Assembly (NCBI RefSeq): GCF_003918875.1
Contig: NW_025767346.1
Coordinates: 2,728,001 to 2,792,000 of the forward strand
DNA length: 64,000 nucleotides
From: Haliotis rubra
Taxonomy: Eukaryota
Direction of reading: 5' to 3'
Position 1 is the stretch's first letter. Each line of letters starts with the position of its first letter. Below are positions 50,601 through 63,571 of this stretch, in pieces. The notes beneath the pieces were generated by a model, which was given only the letters and a program-made list of their open reading frames with translations, did not search any database and was not told where the DNA came from. Position numbers and translations under genes: made by a program.

Positions 50601-52780
50601 GAAGATACGAACATATGAGCATGTGTGAAACGAAAAGAATGACAGTGAAGATCAACTACTAAATAACAATCGCGTTTTCTTTTTGCTCAGACATCAAACG
50701 CTAACATCTAGACCCCCCTCAAAACCCGAATTAAAACTTTAAGGCATCACAGTTCAGCATCCAATCTCGAAATCAACTTTATCTGTCTATGTCCGTGGAC
50801 TGTTGTGGACTGTTGTCTAGTAGGACAAAATCAAAGCTCCTACTAACGACCTAAAAGACCTATAGTGAGAACAATCCAAAAGGGCATCCCCATCAAAAAA
50901 GACTCCAACCATCCATCAACTGTGACCAAGAGTATGACACATCTCCAGCTTACCTGTCACCAACTGACTCCAATCAGATATAATACTTCTGTGTCCAGCT
51001 GTATGTTTACACGACTGGCTTCATTTGCAAGGACCTAATTTGCCTTACATCTTCTGCAGTGTATACTGAACAGGCTAATGGAATCTATCGTTAAAACACT
51101 ACTTCATATCTGTATATATGCCTCCCTACACTACCTTATACATCTACTGCTTGATAACAGTGTTACCTTCTACACATCTACTTCCTCATTGTAAATAAAG
51201 AAGTTGTTCTTCCACATAAAATACCATTACATTAATAAGTGAGTTGATGTTGCTTCAGCTGAAAATTCAAATAGACAATACAAACAAAGTCAGAATTAGT
51301 ACTTTTTTGTATCTCATATACATTACTGTACACAGTTTTAACATAATTCTGTACAGATCTTTAGATATAAATAATTATATAATGCACAGACCTTATCTCA
51401 AGACAGAATTAGGACCCAGTGCTGTCTTAATCTCAGCTCCAGGACATGGGGCAGGCTCTTTGTTTCAACAGTAACACATGCAAAATTCAGTTCCTGTTTC
51501 TTCAAGACCCTGGCAAGTTTGGGGTCCTTATCATGATTCGTTAACCTTACCTATACTCTTATATTCAGCCTTGAACACATTGTATCATCGGAATATTACA
51601 GTCACACCTCTGCTATAATTCACAAAAATTAAATAACATTAACCTGATACTGAAGTTCACTTACATAACATGGACTGATTTGTAGAACAGTTTTCATGCT
51701 GGGTTTGTGCTCAACTGGTCTGAACATGGCTGATGGCCTGACCACCCTTTAATGTGTTGCTTTTTTCTTTTGTTTAACGCAATATTCCAGCTATATGGCG
51801 TCGCTTTGTAATTATGCTTTGAAGCATGGAGCAGAGAGTCGAGTGATCAACAGCATGAGCATATATCTATGCAAGTATGATACCATGGCATGACAAGGTG
51901 TCAACCTTGATGTTTGGAACGAATAAAGAGATGTAGGATACACACGTTTTACGACGAATGAATCCAAACTGATCAAGAACTGAAATATATAACATCTCAC
52001 TCAGCAGTATTTAGATATTCCAGACTGGACCAGACAATCCTGTGATCGATATTATGCATACACTGTTTAAGTAGAATGACATGCAATCAACCAAGTCAAC
52101 CAGCCTGGTCACCAAACCAATATCTGTCGCCTGCATAGATCAGTAAACGTTGCAACCAGTGATATACTTAGAATTCACATATTTACCACCAAACTCAGAG
52201 ATATGAGTGTGAGAATGCTCAACAATTAATCAGTTAGTTTTTCAAAAAAGAAATTCAATACGGTTTACGCGAAGTGTGTCAAACTGATATAATCTAGGAT
52301 CTTAACAACAGTTGCTGCTCGAAATTTCCTTTGCACAGAGACACATCTAAGATAATAAACATACACAAATGTTAAGTTTAATATACAACCCACCATTTTC
52401 TAAAGACGTAGGAAACAGTATATTGATGAAGCTATGATATTGCCGACGGTGGTATAGTGCTAATGGTTATCAGTTCGGTTGTACATTCAAACACAGACAT
52501 CTTTCTGTCCTGCTGATCTCCATACCTACCACTACACTTCTACAATTTCAAAACACACCGTTACCCTTCGCTGGACATGTTCCCCTCAATGCGATCTTAA
52601 CCCACATCTCCTGTACACTTTGAATCCAGTACCGTGTTCCTTGGACCCAAACAATAAATTGTAAAGTTATTTTTACTCCTGCGATAACACGGCTATAGCA
52701 CGTGTGTACAACAAGGAAGTATATTCTGCAGGTTGGATGTCTAATGGCGATTGACTTCATGTACAGGTATGTGTGTATGT

Positions 52781-54355
52781 ACGGAAGCGTAGTAGGGCCA
52801 CGGTGAAAATTTTTTTTCGTCTTACTATCTCCTACGTAGGACTTAGTATATCCTACGTAGCACATACTATCTCCTACGTAGGACTTAGTATCTCCTACGT
52901 ATCTCGGACTTAGTATCTCCTACGTAGGAGTTAGTATCTCCTAAGTGGGCATCTCCTACGTAGGACATAGTATCTCTTACGTAGGACTTAGTATCTCCTA
53001 CGTAGTACTTAATATTTCCTGTAGGAGATGATCGATATACGTTTATATGGATTAATCTGAAACGGTCGACTTAAAGCCCCAGACACGCACACAATCTCCT
53101 GTTTCACTGTTTTAGTCACTGTAAGAGTCTATAGTCATTCGTTTCATTCACTATTAGAGTCTACTGTCATGTGTTTCAATTTACTATTGGAGTCTACTGT
53201 TTCCTTCACTATTAGAGTCATGTGTTCAACTAATTGTTGCACATAAGTACTGTGTTGGACCGACTGTTATACTTTACTGCCTTGCGTTCAGTTTGCTCTA
53301 CTATTACGCGTTGCAGTTAGTTCACTGTTATATGTTGCTCTTTGTTACACTTTACTATTATGCATTGGATATTTCAGAGGTCGTTGCACATGAATCATAA
53401 TCTGCGTGTACAGACGTGTCTTAGACTATAGGTGGCAACCTATGTGTACGTATCCCCTTATATTTATACAAATAACTATAATGACAATTCTTTGCCTTTT
53501 TGAATTTCGTATTGTTTTACGCCGCACTCAACACTTGTCCACCCCAGTCAAGTCAACCTGTAAACAATTACGAATAAAACCGCAAACGAGCGTTGCATCC
53601 GATCCAACCTAGCCCCATCAAGACAAACAACAACTTGCGGAGGTCGTGTTATAACCCGAGTTTCATATCACAACCTCATCTCAACCATCCCACCCCCCTC
53701 TGTGTGCGTGTGTATCTGTGTGTTTGTGTGTGTGAATAGATGTATGTATGATAGATTTAACATAACCATACCCAAACCTCCATAACTGCAATTAGAACAG
53801 GGTCCACGTCACCCTAACGTAATACACACACAATAACACTGTACAGTACCACTGCGTTAGTGTCATGAATATTCACTGACTCACATTTCGATTATCTAAC
53901 GTCCTGCATAGCCAAACATTTCTCAACTTAATAACCATCCTTAAAAAGGAGATACTAAGTCCTACGTAGGAGATACTAAGTCCTACGTAGGAGATACTAA
54001 GTCCTACGTAGGAGATATTAAGTCCTACGTAGGAGATACTAAGTCCTACGTAGGAGATAGTATGTCCTACGTAGGAGATATTAAGTCCTACGTAGGAGAT
54101 ACTAAGTCCTACGTAGGAGATACTAAGTCCTACGTAGGAGATAGTATGTCCTACGTAGGAGATATTAAGTCCTACGTAGGAGATACTAAGTCCTACGTAG
54201 GAGATACTAAGTCCTACGTAGGAGATAGTATGTCCTACGTAGGAGATACTAAGTCCTACGTAGGAGATACTAAGTCCTACGTAGGATATAGTATGTCCTA
54301 CGTAGGAGACAGTGACCCAAAAAAAATTTTCACCGTGGCCCTACTACGCTTCGTA
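52781..54355. mobile_element. Non-autonomous foldback-type DNA transposon with 21-bp subterminal arrays
   Basis: TIRs tacg(g)aagcgtagtagggccacggtgaaaattttttt. Inverted arrays of gagatactaagtcctacgtag at 52825-53025 and 53948-54310. Absent from the paralogous sites. Confidence 0.88.
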
Positions 54356-55902
54356 TGTATCTGTGTGTGTAGTTTCAAGAGTCATTGTATTGATGGCTGT
54401 AAAGACAATTTGGGAATGCTTCGTATTGGTGTCCATATCAGCATTGGAATGAACACTACAAAGACCCTTAACATCGCTCCACAGTTAGGCAATAGGCTTA
54501 TTGTCTCAGGTAGACTTTGCTCTACTGACTCTGTGTCGCCATGACCCGAGCTATCTTTTACTCAGACATTGCATCTGGTGTAACATGTATAGGTAATACA
54601 ATCTTCTTTGAGTGGCATTTTAGAAGTTGGGACATGCACTATTGAGCAAACTTTATGGATAACAACTTTTTTTTATTTTGTGAGTGCGACATTTCGATAC
54701 ACATTCTTGTACTGTTGTCAAGCGTGTGGCGTGTGGCGTAGGCCAGTGCAGTCATCAAGGAAGTAAATTGAGCAGGGTAGGATTCTAAGGAGTGGGTAAG
54801 CTGACATATACAATTGTTAATATTATGTGCTTCCCAACACAGTTGTGACGTGTGTATCTACAGTTTTAAACGAAAGATGACTACATGTACCTTTGTACTT
54901 ATATTATATGTATTGATATATGAAATAAAATACCAAAGTTTATCTACAAATAGGAACTGTCGGGAACATGAAAAGTAGTATGCATCCACCGATGGTGTCT
55001 ACAATTGTGACGATCAGTGACTGTTGAGAAGCTGTGTGATGAACTCTACCTTTGTTTTGTGTTGTCTTACACACCTGTAATCAGCACAGCGTGTTACCTG
55101 TACGCCAGTAGCCGATGTGTACAGTTCTACAGTGTGTATCTATATATATACGTAACTGGCCTTGTACACTGACGTTAAGTACAGTTCTCCGAAAGGATAT
55201 TTGCTTAGTTTGAAAATACTGCAACGGACATAGCATGTAATGAACACTGCTCGTGTACTCTTACACTATCGCGTGTTCAGGTAATTTAGTTTGTTAATGG
55301 ACGCTAAGCATAATTTAATTCTCCAGATAAATATGTATAAGGCTTGCAAAATACTGTAAATTTAAGTGCAGATGGAATCTATCTGAATCAACTCCGTTCA
55401 TTGAAAAGAGAATATGTTACAGCTATTGTTTTACCATGCCTTCATTTTTGTGTGTGTCAGTTCACCAACCTTCATACATGAACTTGTAAATCATAAATCG
55501 TAATTACGATTTGTTAGTCATATGCTATATACTGTTATCTCCAGTTCAATCATATAACATAAAATATTTTATAAGTAATGAAAATATTCTTTGTTTCGAT
55601 ATTGTTTGTCTAACGCCACTCAGGTGAAACTTGATGGACGCGTGTTTTATATTTCGTAAGTTATTGATCATGCAAGTAAGTTATATACTAAACCAAGCAT
55701 GTGTATATCCATATGTAACAACTGCTACACATTCTCCTCTTAGGCAACGGCTTGATAGTCAAGATGTTGAAATGTGGCAAATGTAAAGGTAAAGTTTGAT
55801 CTCATGGGAAAATATAACCTTATACTACCAGAGGGATTCCATAACTAACGACATACATGAACATGTTTCAGGAACAGAAAGTCGCACCTGACAGAAAAAA
55901 GT

Positions 55903-58900
55903 ATGAACCCGTGCGATCCTTATTGTCTTCTGATCTTTATGACCTTTCTCTCTGGAAGTAAGTACACTCAACGTGCTGCCAGACAAATAAGGTTTTCGTG
56001 GGGGGGTGCAACCAGTATTAAGCGGTACAGTGGATTAACTGACGGGGGTAGGGATCAACTCATTTGTGTTTAAGAAGCAAGTAATTATTTTGCCTGTGTG
56101 AATATTTTTACTCCTGTTCATCTTCAAAGAAAGTCGAATCTACTTCTCGAATGCCACATGTTCCACTTGGGTGTTTCGAAACTGAAATACAGTACTAACA
56201 CGTCACTGACCTAGAGGTTATGTGAAATCAGTCACTATATTCGTACATCTTCACAAAGTGTCACCTGTGAAGCACAGAATACAGAAACCATGAATATGTA
56301 GTACCCGTGATGGCGCAGTGATATGTTCCTATGCTGTATAGTATTGGGTGCAAATATTTATATGAATCAATCAATACTCATTTGTATTGAATTAATATGA
56401 ATTCAAGTACTTGTTTTTCAGCCACTGGGGCAAGCCTAACCGCATCACCAAGCAAAAAAACAATCAGGGGCAGTAACCCAACATCTCAGTTGACTGTAAG
56501 TTGCAGGCCAAATGCACCTGGGATAACACAGGTGTTTACCATAGAGATCGGCAAGAAGTCCTCTACTGGCTCTGATCAGCCTATAATACGATTGACCAAC
56601 ACAGATACGTCAGTACAAGTAGTGGACACAAGTCTACAACAGCGGATGACAGCCTCAGGTTCTATCAGTGGAGCAAGAGGCAGTATACAGTTCATCCTGA
56701 CAAACCTGAGATGTGCTGATGCTGCTTCTACATACTACTGCACAACAATATACTTGACGGGGTCATCTGGAAGTGATGAGGCAACTACCAACATTACAGC
56801 TAGAAGTGCGTAATGTTAATATTTACTCCGACTGAATCTGAAACGTTTTGAATTCTTGAGATACACACACACATACTCATACACACATCCTATATGTGTG
56901 TGTGTATATGTACACTATATTGTATGTTTGTGTATATATAGATATTTGACATTTAAGTTGTTTCACTGCATTATTTAGTGTTATCTCTGCACACGTGTCT
57001 TGTATGTACTTGCATTAGTTACAATTTAAACAATCTAATCAGGTGCTATTCATGCAAATCAAATAGATATTTATAAAACCTTTAGACAGTTCCTATTACA
57101 TCTGAAGTATTTAAAATTGTTACTATATTGGCAATATTGTCGTTCTTCTTCTCCTATTTCTGGAGTGTTGACTTACAATGTCTATATACTTTCTTACAGC
57201 TTACCCAGAGCAGATAGAGATGTTCCCATCTCCTGACAGGCTGCATTATGACGATGGTCAGCTCATCTCATGTGAGCGTTCAGTCAGAAAATTGACAAAA
57301 CAAGACCGACTCTGAGCACTAATTGAAGGTTTCATTGAAGCAAACTAAAGTTTACTAAAATCACCGTAAAATAAGGTGAGATGAGTACGGTTGCCGGGGT
57401 CGTTACAACAGACACACAACATAGTTCATATGTTGAACACACTTGAAAGGTCCACAATGACTGGCTAAGTCAGTATCTGGTGTAACCGCCTCGCACTTGG
57501 ACCAGACGTCTGATTCTCTGTTGGGGGATCTGCTGCCACTCATCATGCAATGCATGGTTCAATTCCTGACGGTTCTGAACTAGAGGATCCCTTGCTCTCA
57601 CCCTACGTCCCAAATTGTCCCACAAATGCTCAATAGGATTCATGTCTGGACTTCTGGCTGGCCATGGTAGTGTCTCAATGGCGTTGTGTTGGATATGCTG
57701 AACAACAGCTCGAGCACGATTTGGTCTTACATTATCGTCCATGAAGACTGGATGTGTGGCGAGAGCATGGTTATCGAAATAAGGCACTACGGCACCGTCC
57801 AGGATCAAGTTCGGGTACCTCTGTCCATTCAATGGACTATGATGAGGTCAAGTTTACGATCATAGGAACAACGTCCCCACACCATGACGGATCCACCCTC
57901 AGAACTCGTGCCCTCCCGCCTGTATGATGCAGCAAAATCGGCTTTCATCGGACCAATGGATCCTTTCCATGTCCTCAGGTTCCAGCAAGCACGTGCTTGG
58001 CACCAGGATAAATGGGCATGGTGGTACAGATTTGTGAGGAGTGGACGTCTGATTGGTCGTCTTGCTCTCAATCCTGCAGAATGTAGGCGTCGTCTGATGG
58101 TGCTGATGGACACACTGTTGTATGGATGCCATCTATGTCGCAGCTGTGTACAAGTGGACATTGGGCTTCGTCTGGCATGGCGTACAAAAGCCATCTTCCA
58201 TGTCATTGTTTCTTTCTGGGACGTCCAGACCTCGGTGCATCCTTCACTTCACCGGTAGCAGTATGCTTACCTATCAGCCTGCTGATGACAGTACGATTAA
58301 TGTCCAGTTGTGCTCCAATAGCATGACATGACATACCCGTCTGGTGCATACCAATACTTTGCCATTATTGGTTCAGAGGCACTGGACGCTTGGACATTTC
58401 ACTGGTTCGTCAAAAAAAAAGCTTAATTTCTGCCTACAATCACATTTTAGCTGTCTGCCAACATAACATACGCCAAAGGGGGCTATGTGCATACTGCATT
58501 TATAGCTTAAGGCAAGCATGCACGTGCAGCTCGGAACATCTGTGGTATTATGTTTACAGATGGTGTCGTATATTACATATGTACGTGTAGTGTAAAAAGA
58601 ACGAAAATCATATTTCTACTTTGACTTTTGGTGGTGTGATACTTTTGACAAGGTGTATAGATGACTTTAAAAGTATACCTGGTTCAAATTTATGCAAAAC
58701 GGGAATTCATATCTCCGATTTCTCGTGAAAATGACATTTATTCTATTCCATGAAGAGCTTCATGTTCTAGTCAAATGTATTCAACTTTTCATACCAGGAC
58801 GACAAACATTCAAACAGGAAGGCTACAATTACAATGGGATGAAATCGTTATCTATATTAGGCCTATATTTGAAGAGTGTTATGCAGATGAACCTTATATA

Positions 58901-61900
58901 TCAGACGGGTACACCATACATGTTAGCAGGACAGCAACAGAAGGAAAGGATCAGGACTACCTTCTAACTGCTGTATTTGTTTCAGGTCAACAACCACCAG
59001 GGGAAACATCTACTTCCGAAACGCCCACAAGTGGTGAGTTTTGTATAACAGAAAGAAAGCAAGAGTGAGTTAACATCAACAATCATACTAACACATTCAC
59101 CATGGCACATATTTCAGACAACGGTGGCTATACACATTACTGACATTTTTGTGTCAAAGTGTCGTCTTCAGACTAAAAACGACATTGCCATTCTTTAATG
59201 GCATTCGTGCATTTCTTATTGGACCCAAACGTTAGTGATTGTTCCTGATCCAATATAGTGCCTCTTTAAATACCAAGGCGACAAACATTCAAATAGGAAG
59301 GCTACTATTACAATGATAAGAAATCGTTGTTGACCCTGCTTAAATCAAGTCTATGTTCAAAGTGTGCTACACACATAAACTTATATGTACACAGGGTACA
59401 TCTTGCATGTCAGCAGGACAACAACAGAAGCAAAGTTTCAGCTTTACTTACTAACTGTCATATCAGTTTTTGCAGGTGAACAACCGCCACCACCTCCACC
59501 TCCTTCAGAAAAGCCTGCATGTGGTGAGTTTTGTATAGCTGAACGGAAGCAACAATCAATTCAGGTAATCGTCAGGAATGTGAACTTTGGAAATGTCTTG
59601 CCTATTTTTTTTTACAGGATATTTATAAAGCGCACATATCCACGCAACAAATGCATGCTCATTTACTATATACTCTTTAATGACGTCATATTTACCCTTA
59701 TCAGTGGTATTCTTCCATCGCTTTCTGAGCCTTCAATCTGCATCATTGTTGTTCCTCCAACCATTGCTGCCCCAATAGTGTGATTACAATCTCACATACG
59801 CTGTTATGTTTCGTTTGCTTTAGTTATGGTTGATGACACTCCTGTATTTGAGGTAGATAGGCTGAATTGTTAATGGTAGCATTTGCTTAATCGATCGGTA
59901 AACATATATTCATCGGAAGGTATACAGAGGGTACTTAAGCTTCTTTGGTTGACGTACTATCATGTGTTCTGTCCATCATACAGATGTTAAGAAGGATACT
60001 TTGCACATGAGTTTGGCCTGTAAGTAACTGAGTCAGGGCCTGAGAAAGATCAGTGTAAGGCAGTCTCATGGCAGAAATGATAAAAATGGGATATAGGGAC
60101 TGATCACTCATTCCAGGACCTCATAATAGATATGTTAAGGGGTTGAGTTATGTGCTACAAGAACATTTCCAAATATCTTTTAAAAAAGGAGGGTATAGTG
60201 TTTACAAGAGATTTGGTATGGCCCTGGTGAATTATAGTTAGGCTGAATGAACACAAGCGAAGACCTTCACGTACCTGCACTTGGTCTAAATACGTCCTTT
60301 CAGAAGCTTCTGTAAAATGCTGGATCAGTCAGTGCAAACATGAGACAGTAACACATTCCTCACAACTAGGTATTACCAAAACACAATGATTTTATCTTAT
60401 ACTGAAACTTAACAAAACAATGTATTATAGTCACAATATTTGGTTACAATAAATTAAACTGCCATGCAGTCATAGAAATACATTTTATGTTTCAAATGAC
60501 AGCGGCATGTGTCCAAGAGAACCAGGATACCTCTCTTGTTGTTGGAGTGGCTATAGGTGTGAATGTCATGCTGGTTGTTGATGCCATCTGTCTGGGTTTG
60601 GCGTTCGTCTTCAGGGACAAACTAGCAAACTGCATATCAGGTAGGTACTTTACGTGATAATGTTTTGGGAATGTTTAAATGTCTCAAGACAGAAGAAGGT
60701 ATGTATAGTTGTAACAGTTCTTAATCTCTCTGTCAAAGTCATAAAGCATTTCACATGTATATCCATCATAGACAGGAATTCTACAATGGAGCTAACCGTT
60801 ATGCTGTTAAAACTATGAATTCTTGTTCTGGATGAGAATAGAAATGTTGCTATGGAACACGGCATAAAACAGCAAAGAAGAAATAAAGTTAATCAAGCGA
60901 TGAGAGTTTGAATGTTGGCAATGACCACCAAGGGTCATAAGGCAAAGTCGCAAATGGTCGGATGGCATAAACAATGTGTGACCACATTTATTGGCACTTC
61001 CCGAAGAGACAGTTGGGAATAGCTAGCCACTGGAGGAGTAGGACTGTTGACCTGTTGCAGGTTTTCTGACCGAAGTGGTCACCCCAATGTTCGACTGATT
61101 CACGATCGGGCGAATAAGAAGACAATGCATGCACGAGACCACATTTTATTGCTGGAAGATGACCACTGAACATCACGGGAGTCTTGCATTGACTCCTCCC
61201 ACAATGATTTTCAGTGTTGGTAATACGCCAGGGATGAGGAGTTTGGATGGAGGTACTACTTCTGTTCATTAATCTGATATTTGGTTGTTTCAGGAGACAA
61301 GAACAGCGGTAACGCAGAGATGTCAGCATTGTCAACGTAGGTCAATCTGTTCCAGAATTAATTCTTTGAAACATTCATCACAATGTAACAAACATCCTAA
61401 CTGTTAATTGAAAAGATGTTTATAGTGAAAGAGTGCTTTAAGTGTATAGGCTTGTGTTACGGTTTAGAAATTACCGAGATAAAAGGCTTGTGAGTCCCCT
61501 TTAAACCAGAACATATGATAAACCAGACAAGTTTCTGATATTCAATAATATATTGAATAAACAATTAACAAGGTTAAAATGAATGACAGTTCAGATTTCC
61601 AATACAATACAATTGAGTCACAAATCTAAAATATTGGGTCAGCAACCACCCTTGTATACATATCATACAGTTCTTGAGAACTCAAGCAAAAACTACTCCA
61701 CAACACAATCATTTAGAGATTTCTAACAGCTTCCACGGCATCCGCCGGAAGCAAATCAACAACAACGCGCTGAGTTCAAATCCACACTCAGCGCTTTAAA
61801 TTTTAGTGATCCATAATGACTACAAGTTATTTAATATGACTTACTTAACAAAAACACATCCTCAAAACACTTGTAGGTTTCTTAATTTTGTAACAATTAA

Positions 61901-63196
61901 GACCAAAATGTTCTGCAGCATAATATTCATTGCCATAAACTTTATCCATTTCTCAACCACTGCAGCATACAGGCTCCTGCCACAGTGGTCGCACCTGTTG
62001 GAATCCAAACACCAGGTCAGATTTTGTCAATGTACATTATCACTGTGCAAGTGTCTAACAGAGCATAACCAAAATAGTGACAAATTAGATGCTTGGTTGG
62101 CATTTTAGAAGATGCTGTTTGATGAACATAAAGACTTTTCAGGATTTCATCTTCTTTTATTCTTTGATACAACGTTTCAGGACCTTTCCGGTCGCATCAT
62201 CAGGTAAAACTAATTAACGGTTAACTGTGCCCGTGACGTCACAATGATATGACGACGTAATACATGACAACGCAATACATCTCGACGTCATAATGGATAA
62301 GTCTAACACAGCTAACAGGAATACATGTTGTTATGAATATATAAAAGATTGTTTACTACAAAATTATTGGATTAATTTATAAATGTACAGATACCTATGT
62401 ATAAAATGTAAAGTACTTACTGTGTATACATGGAAATTATGATTTATACATGGGGACAGTATATTTATGAAACAGTGATGAAGGTAGGATATTGTCTTAT
62501 TTTATGAACACACCCTGATCCCTGTTTATTGTTGGTTTTGTACGTTTGATGAAGATAGCTTCGGTCAACTGTGTGTACAATGTGACTTTGGTGACCTTGA
62601 CATTGGTCAGACAGGCAGACCAGTAGCTTCACGTGTGAAAGAACCAAAAACTAAAGTCGACAAATCGGATCTAATATCTGCAGTTTCTCAACACATTGTG
62701 AATAATCCTAATCATGAAATTGACTGGGAAACAAGTCCTCGCAAAATACATTAGTGACTGGAACAGGCCCCGAAACTTTGTATCAAAGAATAGAAGAAGA
62801 TGAAATCCAGATGAAATTCTTTATGTTCACTAAATAGTGACACAAGAACATAGATGCGTCTCGTTCTCCATGCTTGGTGTAAAAGCTGACGAATACTAAC
62901 TGGTGAGTCTCAATGAATCAGCTGACATCGTGTCACTGTTTCATGTTGGCATGAATCTAGGCTTCCTCTTTCAGTCATTGATCTAGCAATGTTGAAGCCA
63001 GATTCGCGTCAAGGTGAACCATCGCCGACTGTGTCTGGTACAACATTGTCAGTGTACTTACTATTCCCATTTTGTCACAGGTGGAGGCGACGAGTACGAA
63101 GTACCGGTTGACAGGAGTGACTACGATGCCCTACAGAGAGAAGCTGTTGACGTCCCCAACACTTACGAGACGATACGAACATACCAGAATGTGTGA
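55903..63196 (+). CDS. Gene C: Ig receptor paralogue with intact V domain, Ig2 exon truncated by Tc1, intact TM and tyrosine tail
   Basis: Exons: 55903-55957, 56422-56805 (V), 57200-57271 (Ig2 remnant), 58986-59033, 59476-59523, 60503-60640 (TM VGVAIGVNVMLVVDAICLGLAFVF), 61294-61336, 61966-62015, 63081-63196 (GGDEYEVPVDRSDYDALQREAVDVPNTYETIRTYQNV*). Confidence 0.72.
57272..58655 (-). mobile_element. Tc1 (DD34E) transposon, degenerate, one TIR lost
   Basis: WSDESRF, GGSVMVWG, FMDDNVRP, WPARSPDMNPIEHLW and GGYTRY motifs. Surviving end ...cttttgacaaggtg|TA. Confidence 0.92.
61455..61869. mobile_element. Solo LTR (Gypsy-like)
   Basis: TGTTA...AAACA termini, 4-bp TSD CTTG, absent from the gene A and B introns. 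Confidence 0.72.
62083..62831. mobile_element. Penelope-like element fragment with inverted terminal repeat
   Basis: GIY-YIG-type C-terminus SAVSQHIVNNPNHEIDWE (~62680-62730). Inverted arms at 62124-62185 and 62765-62829. Flanking duplication aaatagtgaca. Confidence 0.68.
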
Positions 63197-63571
63197 AACA
63201 AGAAGACATTGAAGATCAGCTGGATGTTTGTACGACTGGCTTCATATCTCCACCTTATCTGCCATCATCTCTTCAAAGACTCCAGTCAGACATAATCCGT
63301 CTCTATATATGTGTGTGTTTACACGACTGATTTGATTTGCAAGGACCTGATTTAGCTGCAGTGTACACGAAACAGGCTTCTCTGCTAGATTGTATATCTG
63401 TGTGTATGCCTCCCCTCACTACCCTGTTCACTTCTGCACGTCACTTTCCTCACTGTAAATAAAGAAATTGTTCATCCATAAATACTATCATCACAATAAT
63501 AAGGGGTGGTGAGTTGATGCTGTTTCAATTTACAATTCAAATAGTGGGGGGAGGGGGGGGACATGGGGTGA

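Larger units (their letters stand above)
44409..50628 (+). pseudogene. Gene B: Ig receptor paralogue with a premature TAA in the Ig2 exon (pseudogene, or functional by skipping the 351-nt exon)
   Basis: Exons: 44409-44463, 45019-45393 (V), 45906-46256 (Ig2; TCA>TAA at 45974-45976), 46625-46672 and 47080-47127 (two stalk exons), 48490-48627 (TM), 49805-49847, 50074-50123, 50513-50628 (GVGYEYDVPVNSYDYDALQRGAADVTNTYEKIRTYEHV*). All other exons are open with intact splice sites. Confidence 0.75.

Noticed and set aside
54062-54544. ORF of SYVGDTK repeats
   Set aside because: It is the translation of the 21-bp subterminal array of a non-autonomous transposon.
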